Numbered from the stretch's first letter, positions 10,423-20,799 are shown. The stretch is DNA of 64,000 nucleotides from Promethearchaeota archaeon (GCA_048938005.1 JBHLMQ010000002.1:32001-96000), one strand, 5' to 3'. Program-made: numbers and translations. Notes: generated from the letters alone by a model not told the origin.

Positions 10423-12222
10423 TTAAGAATAGAACTTCAAACGTGATATACTTGAACCTTTACAAATATCTCTTATAAAATCTTTGATAGTTAAATTGCT
10501 AAATTTTAAGTCTTTTAAGGAAATAAATTCAATTGCTCCCTCATGTATGAATCTATGGAAATCTCCCTGAATTTTTATCCTAGTTAATAAGTCGATCTTC
10601 ACATCATCCCGATAATGAACAGAGTTAGTATAAGTTTGATGATTAGATAATAATCTAATATCTTTCGGGAAATGTTTTAGGTCTAATTTGGTAAATCTAT
10701 CGATTGCTTTTTTTGAAAAGTTTTCGCTTAGAATAAATTTTTTATTACATTTTTCCGATAATTCTGAACATATTTTATTTATTTGATTTAATGTTTTCAT
10801 ACTAAGTTTGATTGATTCTGAATTTTCATGAAGTTCATAATTAGTTAAATACTTCATTGATTCATTTAATCCAACTAAACTAATGGATAATCCTTGATCT
10901 TCCAATTTAAGTAATGGTTTTCCGTCGATGACCCCCCCACAAAAAGGTAAATGATGTGACCTAATTCTCCTTCTTATTATATCATATTTTTTTAATAAAA
11001 TTTTTGAACATAATTTTATTTTCGAATTTAATAATTCAAAAAATGAATCTTCATTTTTGCTAAGATATGCATACCTTGGTAAGTTAAGACTAACATTTTG
11101 AAGGATTCCAACATTCGCGTAATTTTTATTAGAAATTTGTTTGATAATTTTATCTTTATAGATATCTAAACATAAATTTACAAAATAAAAAGAGCTTATT
11201 ATCCCTATCTCATTCCAAAAATTCGAATAAATATTTTCAATTTCCCTTATTAACTTATTATCTAATATTAATTGAAGTTCTGGTGTTGTTATGGGATTAT
11301 TATCATACCCTTCTTTGTAAACGTGGATAAGAGCTTTAAATAATTTTATACCTTCATCTTGATAATTTCCATAAACATTTTCGATTTTTCCACTAGGTCC
11401 AACAGAAGGAACCTCTGAAAACACTTCAAAAATAGATTGAGATGAAGATATTGATGTTTGTGAGATTCCATGTCCAATTATAATAGGTAATTGATTAATC
11501 TCATAAATAAAGTTCCGAATCTCTCGAATTAGTTTTTCTTCAGAGAAATCTTGTACATATGGTGCTAAAAAAGAAGTGATATATTTAAAACCTTGATTTC
11601 CATAAAATTCACTTTGAGTCATACCCCGCCATTTGGAGAGATGATATAGAGCAGAAATAAGATCTTTTGCTGGTTCTTGTTTAATATATCCCGAAGAGTA
11701 ACCTATTGGAGGAAGACCATTTTTTAAAATTAATCGAGGATCCCATATTTGACTAAATGGTCTTAAATCAAAATAATTTAATCCATTAATATGAATATCA
11801 CCGGCTAGATGTGCTTTAGATTCCTCATTATCTAATATTCTTAAATGAGCATATTCTTCAGCTATTTGGTCTGCTGCCCAATGATGAATTTTTTCAGGAT
11901 TTATCCGCTCATATGGTTTATCACTTGGACCTTTTTCAAGAATTTCTTCATAATCCATCAACGGCATTCCAATTCGGGTATACAGCTTACGTTCATTTTC
12001 GAAGTGTTGTTCTGAAAGTATAGAACAGACTATTTCTCTAATATGTGGACCAGAAAGAAATTTAATACCCGAACTGATTATTCTTCTTACCACTAATTCA
12101 GTTATATGGTTTGCATCGGTTTCATTCATTCCTGTCTCTTTCAATATACTGTCAAAAATCTTGGATGGATCGAATTTTGCAATATTCCCTTCAGTTCTAA
12201 ATACTTTAGGTAATAAATCCAT
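10423..12222 (-). CDS. ATP-cone + class III ribonucleotide reductase (NrdD)-like protein, degenerate and C-terminally short
   Basis: ATP cone (FDPSKI...LSGPHIREIV), AHLAGDIHI, SLNLPR, LVGLNE, YTNSVH; no RxxGY glycyl-radical loop. Start taken at the ATG of MDLLPKV. Confidence 0.75.
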   Translation of the reverse strand: MDLLPKVFRTEGNIAKFDPSKIFDSILKETGMNETDANHITELVVRRIISSGIKFLSGPHIREIVCSILSEQHFENERKLYTRIGMPLMDYEEILEKGPSDKPYERINPEKIHHWAADQIAEEYAHLRILDNEESKAHLAGDIHINGLNYFDLRPFSQIWDPRLILKNGLPPIGYSSGYIKQEPAKDLISALYHLSKWRGMTQSEFYGNQGFKYITSFLAPYVQDFSEEKLIREIRNFIYEINQLPIIIGHGISQTSISSSQSIFEVFSEVPSVGPSGKIENVYGNYQDEGIKLFKALIHVYKEGYDNNPITTPELQLILDNKLIREIENIYSNFWNEIGIISSFYFVNLCLDIYKDKIIKQISNKNYANVGILQNVSLNLPRYAYLSKNEDSFFELLNSKIKLCSKILLKKYDIIRRRIRSHHLPFCGGVIDGKPLLKLEDQGLSISLVGLNESMKYLTNYELHENSESIKLSMKTLNQINKICSELSEKCNKKFILSENFSKKAIDRFTKLDLKHFPKDIRLLSNHQTYTNSVHYRDDVKIDLLTRIKIQGDFHRFIHEGAIEFISLKDLKFSNLTIKDFIRDICKGSSISRLKFYS

Positions 12223-12502
12223 TATTATCTTCTTAAATGATTTGTATTTAGTTTTGTAATATTTTGTATTAATCAATAATATTATAGAAACTTTAAAAAA
12301 AAAAATTATTATGGGATTAAATTTAAAGAATTGCTATTATAAAGGAACAAGAGGAAGATTTAATTCTAGCAAAACTTTTCAATTTTTTTTGCTTTTGACA
12401 TTCACCTATTTTAAATCTTATTATCTGAAATTCCTCTAATTAAGCTTTCAGAATTTTCATACACTCTTTCTTTTATTTTAATAGATCGGTTTATATGAAA
12501 TC

Positions 12503-13297
12503 ATGAAATTATGCACCGACTCATTATTGAAACAGTTTTTTGCTGAGATTTATTCAATATTAAAGGAGACAGATACAAATGTCATTGATATCTGGTGGGA
12601 AGTTTCAGAAATTCCAATTCTTAATCATTTTAATCATTTTGAGCTAAGAGACTTTTTGGGGAATTTCAATTTTGTTTCACTTCAAAAAGGAAACTATCTT
12701 CACTATATTGTTATAAATAAGATCTTGTTCATTATGGAAGCTATCACTATATTAAAATTGGATATTAGGCAAATTTCGGAGATATTAGATTATGATGGTT
12801 TTGAATCCTTAATAAAAGAAATTCTCTCAAAAAACAACTATATAACTATAAAAAATTTTAGATTTACAGATAAATCAAATTTTAAATCTAAGACTTCCCA
12901 AAAAAGATATGAAATTGATATTATTGGAATTCATTTAAAATATATATTACTTATAGATGCAAAACAATGGAGGCGTAAGGATTCATATCTTTCTCTCAGT
13001 AAAGCAGCAGATTTACAATTTCGTCGAGCCATTGCTTTAAAAAAAAATCCTGAAATCTTTTTTCGCCTTATCCATAAATTAATTGGCTCAAAATTCAATT
13101 TAAAAAAGCGATTACCATTTATAATTATCCCTGTCATGGCAACCTTAGAGGATAACAGTATTAAGATAAATGCCAATCAAATTCCTCTTGTTTCTATAAA
13201 CGAATTAAACTCGTTTCTCCAAGAATTACAAAACAACTTACAATATTTTAGAATAGTCAAAATTAATAGGATAATTCAACAGAAAAGAATAGCTTGA
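12503..13297 (+). CDS. PD-(D/E)xK nuclease-fold protein (Mrr/NERD-like)
   Basis: FESLIKEIL, YEIDIIG, LLIDAKQW. Confidence 0.7.
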   Translation: MKLCTDSLLKQFFAEIYSILKETDTNVIDIWWEVSEIPILNHFNHFELRDFLGNFNFVSLQKGNYLHYIVINKILFIMEAITILKLDIRQISEILDYDGFESLIKEILSKNNYITIKNFRFTDKSNFKSKTSQKRYEIDIIGIHLKYILLIDAKQWRRKDSYLSLSKAADLQFRRAIALKKNPEIFFRLIHKLIGSKFNLKKRLPFIIIPVMATLEDNSIKINANQIPLVSINELNSFLQELQNNLQYFRIVKINRIIQQKRIA

Positions 13298-13334
13298 ATA
13301 AAAAATAAACTCAATGCATACTTTTATAATATCC

Positions 13335-14390
13335 CTATTTTTCTAATCCTAAATACTCCTTTAATTGCTTTTTTACTATATTCAAAGCAAAAGAGATTAT
13401 TCCACTTTTAACCTTAGGATGTGAAAATAATACTAATATCATATCTTTAATACTTGGATTTTCTCTATCTATCGGGGCAAGATCCAAAACTCCATCTGTT
13501 CCTCTTACTGATATAGATTTTAATACGCCAGCATCTAATCCTTCTATGATATCAGTTCCAATCATTGAAAGATTCATTCCTATGGTTGCAAATAAAGAAT
13601 CAGAAATTCTACTTGATATTGCCGATGCCAATATTGTTCCATCTGTTTTGATGATTGCTGAAGCTTCAATATTTAAATCTAACGTTAATAACCGCGTTAA
13701 AATTTCATTCATACTGGAGGGTGGTATTTTCCCTTCGATTTCTTTTTTTTTTATTGTTTTCACTTTGGGTATTTCTAGTTTCTTAACAGAAATTTTTTTT
13801 GAAAGAAATCCTAGCACCTCAGTCATATCCTTTTCTAGTCTTTTTTGTTTTAAAACAGACTCATCGCTTTCTGTAGTTTCTAATGGAATGGGAGAAATTG
13901 AAATTTCTTGTTTCCCATTTTGATCTTCTAAAACTGAATTTTTAAGCTCCTTAAAAGCATCCGAAATTACATCCCTAGATCTAGAAGATGGAGTTGGAGG
14001 AGAAGGAGGAGTCCTTATGCTATTACCGGAATCTATAATAGATCCTTTATATGGTTGAGCTGGAATTTCTTGCAGAACTTCTGAATTATTTACATCAGAT
14101 ACTGCTCTACCATCCATAGGAACCTCATTTTCAAATTCTTCTTTCTTAGGTAAAGGAATTTCATGCAATTCAATTGGTTCGCTAGTTACTTTCTGTTCTT
14201 TTGGAATTTCTTCTAATTCCAATTTTTTTTCCAGTTCAATAGGTTTCTGTTCTTTTTTTTTTTCTCTGTCAATTCTAGAACCCCGTGATCGAGATCGTTT
14301 AGAAGAAACGGGTAGTAGAGCGCCACATTTCCTACATGTGTGACTAACGGCTTCATTATTTGTAGTACCACAGTTTTGACATATAATCAA
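13335..14390 (-). CDS. zinc-ribbon + low-complexity linker + roadblock/LC7 domain protein
   Basis: CQNCG...CRKCG; Pro/Glu/Ser-rich linker; IEASAIIKTDGTILAS...ISVRGTDG. Confidence 0.8.
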   Translation of the reverse strand: MIICQNCGTTNNEAVSHTCRKCGALLPVSSKRSRSRGSRIDREKKKEQKPIELEKKLELEEIPKEQKVTSEPIELHEIPLPKKEEFENEVPMDGRAVSDVNNSEVLQEIPAQPYKGSIIDSGNSIRTPPSPPTPSSRSRDVISDAFKELKNSVLEDQNGKQEISISPIPLETTESDESVLKQKRLEKDMTEVLGFLSKKISVKKLEIPKVKTIKKKEIEGKIPPSSMNEILTRLLTLDLNIEASAIIKTDGTILASAISSRISDSLFATIGMNLSMIGTDIIEGLDAGVLKSISVRGTDGVLDLAPIDRENPSIKDMILVLFSHPKVKSGIISFALNIVKKQLKEYLGLEK

Positions 14391-14577
14391 TAAAATTTTT
14401 CAACTCTTTGATTACTTTAATTAATTTCCTAAACCTTTAAGGTTTATTGCTCTAAATTTTGTAATTTTTTTAGTTTTTACTATACAATTTATGAATAAAA
14501 ATTTAATTTTATTAATGTTAGTGATAATAAAATAAATTAGAATGCTCTTAAAATAGAATAAATTCAATTAGAATAAC

Positions 14578-15552
14578 CTATTTATATAGAATCTCTTTTA
14601 ATAAATTTGCAAAAGATTCAAGATCTTCTTTATGGAAAACAGGATCTTCTTTAAGAAGCAATAAATAATATGGAGATGAATCCTTTTTCAAAGTAATCTC
14701 TTTAAATATGAAATTTTTACCGAATCTTTGTACTATCATTCGAGTTTCATAACTTTCTTCCAATACACCAGTGTATTGAAATGAATCGTGCAAAGTTAAA
14801 AAATATGGGGTCGAAGCTGTCAGTAGATGCTTGATTTCATCATCTTTATAATAGGAACCAATTATAAGTGAATTGTCGTCAATAACTACAACTCCTTGTG
14901 AATCAACTTTTTTTGCAAATTCTACAATTGTTTTCTCAATCAATTCTGATTTTGGATAGAGCCTTAAAAGAATTTCAGACATGGCAGTAATAATTGAACC
15001 AAAATCATAAATTGAGGTTTCATAGTAATATAATTTTTTATAATCTGTAGCATTTCTTATTTTATCCTTTAAATCTATTACTAAGGCTTCCATTTCATTT
15101 TGAGCACTTCTCCTTAAAGCAGGATCATATTTATGAAGAAAAATATATATCGGAGGTTCGATCTCTAATTTTTTAAATTGTTTTATTACATCTTTAAAAT
15201 AACTAATAGCTTCTGGTATTCTAGCTTTATTTTGGGCATCGATTACATAAATAGCAATTTCTGTGCCTTCAAAATATTTTCCTGGATTTTTCAAATATGC
15301 AATTCGGTAAGCCGCTTGTCCACCTAGATCCCATTCTGAGATTTCTTTACCCAGAAAATCGAATATTCTTCTTTGAGCCCCCCTTGTTGGAGATAAAATG
15401 GCGATTTTAGAAAATTCTCTTTGAAGAGCCAATATTATACTTGTTTTACCTGCGTCGTCTAAACCTGTAAAAAGAACCTTATTTGGAGCAACTACTACTT
15501 CTGGTTCTTCCTTTCTAAGGTACAATATTGATTGTTTAAGATCTTTTTCCAA
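14578..15552 (-). CDS. Rag-like small GTPase with C-terminal roadblock domain
   Basis: GLDDAGKT, PTRG, WDLGGQ, HKYD, TSIYD; GVVVIDDNSLIIG. Confidence 0.85.
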   Translation of the reverse strand: MEKDLKQSILYLRKEEPEVVVAPNKVLFTGLDDAGKTSIILALQREFSKIAILSPTRGAQRRIFDFLGKEISEWDLGGQAAYRIAYLKNPGKYFEGTEIAIYVIDAQNKARIPEAISYFKDVIKQFKKLEIEPPIYIFLHKYDPALRRSAQNEMEALVIDLKDKIRNATDYKKLYYYETSIYDFGSIITAMSEILLRLYPKSELIEKTIVEFAKKVDSQGVVVIDDNSLIIGSYYKDDEIKHLLTASTPYFLTLHDSFQYTGVLEESYETRMIVQRFGKNFIFKEITLKKDSSPYYLLLLKEDPVFHKEDLESFANLLKEILYK

Positions 15553-15805
15553 AGTTAAATTTCACCTTTAATGTTACATGAATAAAATTTCAAATATATT
15601 CTTTTGTAAGATAAAAAATTATATAATACTTTATTTAGATTTCGCATTTAAAATTATTTTATATAAATAATTTGAAGTCTTAATATCTTTGAATTTCCAC
15701 AGGAATGGGAATTTCACTTTTGGTTTGAATCATTTTTAATTTTTTAGCTAATTCTGGTTTACCAATTGTTTGAATTAATTCCTTTATAATTAAAAATAAA
15801 GCTAT

Positions 15806-16327
15806 TTATCTTTTTAATAATTCCTTTAATTTCTCTATTGCTTCATGGGGAGTTTCTACTCCATAAATCATATCATATCTTCTATCATCTAATTTTTGAT
15901 TTGCTATCTTTGAGGACCATCCTTTGACACTAGACAACGCAACAATAGGTTTTTGATATATCCAAGCAAAACAAATCTCAGATAATGTACCAGCTTTACC
16001 ACTAATAGCTAAACAAGCATCACCACTGAGAACGACAACAATATTTCTCGCTTGTGAAAATGGGCAAGGAATAACGATATCAACATATTTGTTAGCAGTA
16101 GATTTATCTATGTGAGGGATTATTCCAATTGTTAATCCATTTTCTTCTTTTGCCCCTTTGCATACAGCCTCCATAACGCCAGTAAGACCTCCACAAGCTA
16201 TAACAAATTTATTTTGAGCAAGTAATCGTCCTATTTCAAATGTTATTTCTTCTGTTTTTTTATCAATTTCACTTGATCCTATTATTGATACAATGCCATT
16301 AAACTGATCTTTATAATTAAAATTCAT
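15806..16327 (-). CDS. LOG/SLOG-family nucleotide-binding protein (TIGR00725-like)
   Basis: CGGLTGVMEAVCKGA, TIGIIP, ARN, GTLSE. Confidence 0.85.
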   Translation of the reverse strand: MNFNYKDQFNGIVSIIGSSEIDKKTEEITFEIGRLLAQNKFVIACGGLTGVMEAVCKGAKEENGLTIGIIPHIDKSTANKYVDIVIPCPFSQARNIVVVLSGDACLAISGKAGTLSEICFAWIYQKPIVALSSVKGWSSKIANQKLDDRRYDMIYGVETPHEAIEKLKELLKR

Positions 16328-16372
16328 ACACTTCAGGCTCTTATATTTTTATTTTTAATAAACTCAAAATCT

Positions 16373-17335
16373 CTAAAATCTAAGTACATCAATCGATTCT
16401 GATCCATCATTTAATTTCAAGAGATTTTTATCTTCAATGATTTTACCTATAATTTCTGCATGTAATCCATGCTTTTCAAATAGTTCAATCAACTCTTTAC
16501 AATTTTTATCTGTAGCAGTCAATATAAACGATGTAGTTAAATACATCTTGATATAAGTTGCCAAATCATATTTATTCTTTACTAAAATAGGAGGAATTGT
16601 TATTTTGGTAACATTTATATCTGCACCTCCTTCTGAATACTTTATCATTTGTAAAATTGTTCCAAAAATCCCCCCGTTTGAAATATCTTTCGAAGCATTT
16701 GCTAAATGTTTTTTAGCAACTAAATTCATAGCTTTCCTACTATTAAGAATTTCTTCTGAGGTTTTAAATGTAGTTGTATCATAGTATAGTTTACTAGCTT
16801 TTCCAATTCTTCCATTGAAATCAACAGCTAAAATTATTTTATCATTTTTTTGAGCATTACCAGCAGAAATATAATCATCCTTTTTAATTTCTCCTATCAT
16901 TGTAGAACTTAACTCATAGCATTTACTATGAATGTTTGTATGGCCTCTTATAATTGGTACTTGAAATTTATTTGAGCCTTCACAAATTCCTCTTAATAAT
17001 TCATTACAAGTTCTAAGATCCTTTACAGAAATGATTATACTTGCTGCTAATGGGGTACCTCCACACGCATAAATGTCATCAACACTAACTAAAATAGAAC
17101 TAAAACCCGCTCCATAAGGAAATTGTTCAATAAATTCAGTCCTTATTCTATCAGTGGTAATTAATATTAACTTTTCATTATTTCGCAGAGTCGCAGAGTC
17201 TTCACCAATGTCAGTAAAAATTCTATTAGTTTTAAAAGCGTTTTTATAAATATATTCAACTATAGGATTAATCTCTTTTTTTTCAATGATATATTGATTA
17301 TTTCTAATGCTTTCAGCGATCTTTTTAAGAATCAT
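16373..17335 (-). CDS. AIR-synthase-related (PurM/ThiL fold) protein
   Basis: IGEDSA, DDIYACGGTP, GHT, KDISNGGIFGT. Confidence 0.8.
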   Translation of the reverse strand: MILKKIAESIRNNQYIIEKKEINPIVEYIYKNAFKTNRIFTDIGEDSATLRNNEKLILITTDRIRTEFIEQFPYGAGFSSILVSVDDIYACGGTPLAASIIISVKDLRTCNELLRGICEGSNKFQVPIIRGHTNIHSKCYELSSTMIGEIKKDDYISAGNAQKNDKIILAVDFNGRIGKASKLYYDTTTFKTSEEILNSRKAMNLVAKKHLANASKDISNGGIFGTILQMIKYSEGGADINVTKITIPPILVKNKYDLATYIKMYLTTSFILTATDKNCKELIELFEKHGLHAEIIGKIIEDKNLLKLNDGSESIDVLRF

Positions 17336-17429
17336 CTATGATTTAAATATAAAGCTATTAATAATTAAATTTGCTTAAAATAAATTAAGAAATTTAAAAC
17401 TTAATATAAATAAATTACTATTTAAAACA

Positions 17430-18932
17430 ATGGAAGAATTATTGAAATCTTCAATTGTTAAGGGATTCGTATTTAGTATTTACGGTGAATTAGGACCAAC
17501 TCCAATTTATTGTTTCCCTAATTTCGTTAATGAGAAAGAATTGGAGGAGCTTATCAAAAAGCCAGAAAAACAAGATGGTCTTATTCTAACATATCGAGAT
17601 ATAACTCAAATTTCTATTAAAAATTTAAGTTTATTTATTACCGATAAGATAATTTCTGAACAAAAAGATCTTCAAAAAATTCAATATTTTGCGATTCTAC
17701 CCTATCCAGATTTTAATACAACCTCACTTACGTATTTTCATTATATTTATACAAATTTTTCTGAATTTCCTGTAGCAACAGCTTTTTCAATTTTAGTAGA
17801 AGAAAATAGACGAAGTTATTTGTATAATAATATTAATAGAATTAAACCAGTAGTAATTGATTTTTTCAAAAATTTTCATAAAGAACTATTTGATGCTTAC
17901 CCTCCACGTGAATATGTTGAAGATTTTTTTCGTGAACTTTTATTGAAATTAATAGAAATCGAACAAAGTCCTTCAACACCTATTACTAGTCATAGAAAGA
18001 TGAAAATCTTGTTCGCTGGTTTAGATGATAGTGGCAAAACAAGTTTTTTACTTTCTGTAGATCGAAAATATAGTAAATTAATTGGATTAAAACCAACTAC
18101 AGGAGCAAGCATTAAATCTATTGAAGCCTTAGGAGCGACAATATTTTTATGGGATTTAGGTGGTCAGAGAAGGTTTAGAGAAAAATATATTGATAAGGCA
18201 GAAATTTACTTGTATGAAGCGGATTTGTTATTCTATTTTATTGATATTAGAAATAAAATAAGGTTTGAAGAAAGTATCGAATATCTTCAAAATCTAAAAG
18301 CTGTTCTGAAAGATTTTAATCAAAATACTCCAATAATATATATCCTTTCAAAAGGAGATGCTGATATTCTGAATTCAGTAGAAATTAAAGAAAACATTGA
18401 ATATATCAATAAAAAGTTAATTAATATTACACTTGATGAGCCATTAGAAATATATACTACAAGTATTTTTCAGATTTTTACAATTTTAAGAGCTTTCTCA
18501 TCAGGTATATCCAAATTAAGTCCTAATAGAGATTTAATAAATCATAACCTTAGGAATTTTTCTTTAAAGACTTATACTTATTTAACATTGTTATTAAGTC
18601 TTGATGGGTTAGTGTTAGCAGATTTTTATAGTAATGAAGTATTGCGATTAACAAACATTCCCAAATCAGAAGTGATAAATGTTTTTGAAGTCTCTGCGCC
18701 CCAATTTGCTATGTTATTCAAAATTTTTGCTAAATTTAAGGCTTTACAAAAAGATGAGGCTATATTTAAAGTTGCTAACTCAGTGATTCTTTTTAAAAGA
18801 ATCCAAATTGAAGACAATGCAATGTTTCTTCTTTTTTTAGTAGAGGATGAGAAGAAAAAAAAATTGATTAATAAGGAATTATCACGTTTCTTAAATCAAA
18901 CCAATGACTTACTCTTAAGGTATATTGCTTAA
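17430..18932 (+). CDS. longin (uDENN)-like domain + Rag/Arf-like GTPase + roadblock domain; paralog of 8799..10262
   Basis: SIYGELGPTP, YFAILPYPD; GLDDSGKT, PT, WDLGGQ, SKGD, TSIF; shared LSPNR and VFE(I/V)SAP motifs. Confidence 0.85.
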   Translation: MEELLKSSIVKGFVFSIYGELGPTPIYCFPNFVNEKELEELIKKPEKQDGLILTYRDITQISIKNLSLFITDKIISEQKDLQKIQYFAILPYPDFNTTSLTYFHYIYTNFSEFPVATAFSILVEENRRSYLYNNINRIKPVVIDFFKNFHKELFDAYPPREYVEDFFRELLLKLIEIEQSPSTPITSHRKMKILFAGLDDSGKTSFLLSVDRKYSKLIGLKPTTGASIKSIEALGATIFLWDLGGQRRFREKYIDKAEIYLYEADLLFYFIDIRNKIRFEESIEYLQNLKAVLKDFNQNTPIIYILSKGDADILNSVEIKENIEYINKKLINITLDEPLEIYTTSIFQIFTILRAFSSGISKLSPNRDLINHNLRNFSLKTYTYLTLLLSLDGLVLADFYSNEVLRLTNIPKSEVINVFEVSAPQFAMLFKIFAKFKALQKDEAIFKVANSVILFKRIQIEDNAMFLLFLVEDEKKKKLINKELSRFLNQTNDLLLRYIA

Positions 18933-19831
18933 AAAATAACTTTTAAAGGATTACGTTCTGAAATTTTATGTCTATTCACTCTCTTTTGATAATATGAATT
19001 AACACCAGAAATAAGAGCAATTGCAGGCACTATACACTTAACAAATTTTATTGGCCCAAATAATATGAAATCACTAGGAGCAGCAGCACAATACGCCATA
19101 ATTGAGGCAATAGCGCCACATCGTGCGTTCTCACCATACTTTTTTCCAAAATTCCATCCATATATTGCATTAGCAGGAGCAAATCCAGCTGGTAGCCCCA
19201 AATCGGTTTTAACTAATCTTGTTGATTCAAAATTGATGGAAATTGATGGCAAATCTAAAACTGCTGTATCAACAATAATATTCTCAATTTGTGCCTTTTG
19301 AGCTTTAGGAATTAATGTTTCTTTTAAAAAATTTATTTTCTGTTTTGGAAATATATATTTATTTCCAAATGTTAATAATACAGCATTTTTAACTCCAATG
19401 TCTTTTAGTTTATCTAAATTTTCATCGTTAGTATTTTCATCAATACTGTTTATTATAGCTCTGTTTAATAATCCGATTTCATGCAATCCTTTCATTGCAG
19501 GGATCCTAGAAGTATCATTTAACCCGTCAACTAAAAAGGGATATTCTACGGTATCTGCAATAAACTCACACTCTCTTATAAGCGCATCTGGATATGAGCC
19601 TACAACATCTATTATTCCCTGTAATTGTGTATCTTCAATAATTTCAGTAAATATATTTAACTCTTGTTCAACAATATTTTTGTCAATTTTACCTGTTTTT
19701 TCGTCCAATAAAGCTGCATGTTTAGCATAAAAAACAGTTCCTATCATTACAATTGGATTTTCTCCTGGCTGGCCGCCAATTGAAACATTCCCAATTTGTA
19801 CGATCTTTTGTTCAGTTTCAAAATTTAGCAC
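18929..19831 (-). CDS. mtrH: tetrahydromethanopterin S-methyltransferase subunit H family methyltransferase
   Basis: IGGQPGENPIVMIGTVFY, IINSI, VDTAVLD, GFAPAN, DFILFGP. Confidence 0.85.
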   Translation of the reverse strand: MLNFETEQKIVQIGNVSIGGQPGENPIVMIGTVFYAKHAALLDEKTGKIDKNIVEQELNIFTEIIEDTQLQGIIDVVGSYPDALIRECEFIADTVEYPFLVDGLNDTSRIPAMKGLHEIGLLNRAIINSIDENTNDENLDKLKDIGVKNAVLLTFGNKYIFPKQKINFLKETLIPKAQKAQIENIIVDTAVLDLPSISINFESTRLVKTDLGLPAGFAPANAIYGWNFGKKYGENARCGAIASIMAYCAAAPSDFILFGPIKFVKCIVPAIALISGVNSYYQKRVNRHKISERNPLKVIF

Positions 19832-19887
19832 ATTTCATTAACTCCTTAGTTTTTATATTTGATAAATAAAGAGATTACATAACTATT

Positions 19888-20799
19888 TTACTTTTCTATC
19901 TTAGTTCCAGAACTTTCTATGCTAAATGGTTTATCTAGCATTAACAATTCTATAAAATTTGATACTTTTGTATCCGGAATAACCAAATTATCTTCTTCAA
20001 TTGTATATCCAAACTTTTCAGCCCATTCAGAAATTTTTTCAGAATAATTTTTTCTTTCCATCCTTAAAACTTTACGCATCAGGTTTAATTTAACTTGATT
20101 TGAACTTTCTACAGTTATTTTTATCTGTTCCTTCCTTTTTTTCTTTATTGGTTCACTTACTAGTGTTCCAATATAAATTATTGATAATATAAATTCAGGA
20201 ATCCATTTATGCATCAAAAGTACAATTATTGCCGCAATAAAAGAACTTGCAGCACTTATAGAGAAATGGATATCCTCCCAAGCATACCCTATGTAATATA
20301 GATCAATTTGAATAACCATTCGTATGATATTTACAACATAAAAGATAACAGATGATACAATAAGGGATTTTGTTTTACGCCATATGATATCTTCTTTTGT
20401 AGTTGGATCTTGACTGTGAGGGATGAAAACGATAATTCCTACGAAAACACATATTGCTTGTATACCTGTACAAAAAGTTTCAAAATATATTGGATTTTTA
20501 CCTGGAATAAAAAATCTCCAATCATAGATACCACTTGGTGCAAATTGTGCTTCTGCTCCCATATTGAATAATAAATTTAAAAAATAAACTGTTTGCTTTA
20601 CTACAATTTCATGCAACCAGTAATTGATTCTCAAATCAAAGAATAAATAAATAAGATATGCTGAAATTGGTGCTCCAATGGCGAATAAAACTAGAGATTT
20701 GAAAGAAAAAATATACTTTCTTTCATTATATTCGATAATAGGCTTTTTAATTTTGCTCCAATCCTTAAGTTTTTGCATCTGTTTTTTCCTCTTCTTCAT
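19888..20799 (-). CDS. archaeosortase/exosortase-family protein with C-terminal soluble domain
   Basis: Multi-TM protein; catalytic Cys (ETFCTGI), Arg (NIIRM) and His (DIHF) in the expected order. Confidence 0.75.
   Translation of the reverse strand: MKKRKKQMQKLKDWSKIKKPIIEYNERKYIFSFKSLVLFAIGAPISAYLIYLFFDLRINYWLHEIVVKQTVYFLNLLFNMGAEAQFAPSGIYDWRFFIPGKNPIYFETFCTGIQAICVFVGIIVFIPHSQDPTTKEDIIWRKTKSLIVSSVIFYVVNIIRMVIQIDLYYIGYAWEDIHFSISAASSFIAAIIVLLMHKWIPEFILSIIYIGTLVSEPIKKKRKEQIKITVESSNQVKLNLMRKVLRMERKNYSEKISEWAEKFGYTIEEDNLVIPDTKVSNFIELLMLDKPFSIESSGTKIEK

Noticed and set aside
12503-13297. Restriction-modification or defence system
   Set aside because: A lone PD-(D/E)xK fold gene with no adjacent DNA methyltransferase or defence partners.
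16373-19831. Methanogenesis cluster (mtrH + AIR-synthase-like gene)
   Set aside because: No mcr or other mtr genes; both families occur in non-methanogens.
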